This document shows positions 62,891 to 64,000 of a stretch of 64,000 bases of DNA, one piece after another. A model generated the notes under the pieces. The model worked only from the letters and a program-made list of their open reading frames with translations. It ran no database searches and was not told where the DNA came from. The translations under genes were made by a program, and so were the position numbers. The DNA is from Squalus acanthias (Eukaryota): assembly GCA_030390025.1 (NCBI GenBank), contig CM059431.1:135720001-135784000 (forward strand), in the 5' to 3' direction. How positions within the stretch are numbered: position 1 is the first letter of the stretch; each line of letters opens with the position of its first letter.

Positions 62891-64000
62891 AGGCGCGAGT
62901 TGGCTAGGATGGACTGGGGAACGTTACTTAAAGGGTTGACGGTGGATAGGCAATGGCAAACATTTAAAGATCGCATGGATGAACTACAGAATTTGTTCAT
63001 CACTGTTTGGCATAAAAATAAAACAAAAAAGGTGACTCAACCGTGGCTAACAAGGGAAATTAGGGATAGCATAAGATCCAAGGAGAGGGCATATAAATTG
63101 GCCAGAAAAAGCAGCAAACCTGAGGATTGGGAGCAGTTTAGGATTCAGCAAAAGAGGACAAAGGGATTAATTAAGAGGGGGGAAATAGAGTATGAGAGTA
63201 AGCTTGCAGGGAACATAAAAACTGACTGTAAAAGCTTCTATAGATATGTGAAGAGAAAAAGATTGGTGAAGTCAAGTGTAGGTCCCTTGCAGTCAGAATC
63301 AGGGGAATTTATAATGGGGAACAAAGAAATGGCAGACCAATTAAATACATACTTTGGTTCTGTCTTCACAAAGGAGGACACAAATAACCTCCTAGAGATG
63401 TCGGGGAACATAGGGTCTAATGAGAGGGAGGAATTGAATGAAATCAGTATTTGTAGGGAAATGGTGTTTGGGAAATTGACGGGATTGAAGGCCGATAAAT
63501 CCCCAGGGCCTGATAATCTACATCCTAGGGTACTTAAGGAAGTTGCCCTAGAAATAGTAGATGCATTGCTGGTCATCTTCCAAAATTCTATAGACTCTGG
63601 AACAGTTCCCATGGATTGGAGGGTAGCTAATGTAACCCCACTATTTATAAAAGGTGGTAGAGAGAAAACGGGGAATAATAGACCGGTAAGCCTGACATCG
63701 GTAGTGGGCAAAATGCTAGAGTCCATTACTTGGAAAACAGTGACAGGATCGGACAAAGTCAACATGGATTTACAAAAGGTAAATCATGCTTGACTAATCT
63801 ACTGGAATTTTTTGAGGATGTAACTGATAGAATAGATAAGGGAGAACCGGTGGATGTGGTGTATTTGGACTTTCAGAAGGCTTTCGATAAGGTCCCACAT
63901 AAGAGATTAGCGTGCAAAGTTAAAGCACATGGGATTGGGGGTAAGGTACTGACTTGGATACAGAACTGGTTGGCAGACAGGAAGCAAAGAGTTGGAATAA
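62890..64000 (+). mobile_element. 5'-truncated CR1 closely related to the 44296-49182 element, running off the window
   Basis: ORF 62882-63793 is nearly identical to ORF2 residues encoded at 45230-46070, with one deletion frameshift at about 63728. Confidence 0.93.

Noticed and set aside
1..64000. CRISPR arrays, retrons, DGRs, rRNA or tRNA genes
   Set aside because: No repeat-spacer array or complete structural RNA gene seen. All RTs are eukaryotic non-LTR types.

Overview
Eukaryotic, repeat-saturated intergenic or intronic DNA. The repeat inventory suggests a cartilaginous fish (inference). I see no host protein-coding gene. Contents: many CR1-type LINE copies, from decayed to an essentially intact 953-codon ORF2 interrupted by an antisense CR1; single L2 and RTE LINEs; a DeuSINE-like SINE; two solo LTRs; a TA-flanked Tc1/mariner-type MITE; Penelope-type fragments carrying minimal hammerhead ribozyme motifs; and a large PIF/Harbinger set. 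The Harbinger set comprises degenerate two-gene elements (HARBI1-like transposase convergent with an intron-containing Myb/SANT-like gene) plus several MITE families with 3-bp TSDs. Most notable observations: a U-UUA-AAC slippery heptamer exactly at the CR1 ORF1 stop with ORF2 open in the -1 frame (candidate programmed frameshift); two complete minimal type I hammerhead motifs; family-specific subterminal motif arrays and CRE/TATA-like cassettes in the Harbinger elements; and an inverted duplication preserving the empty site of an ERV-like solo LTR. Family names come from motif recognition, not database searches. Boundaries without TSDs are approximate.
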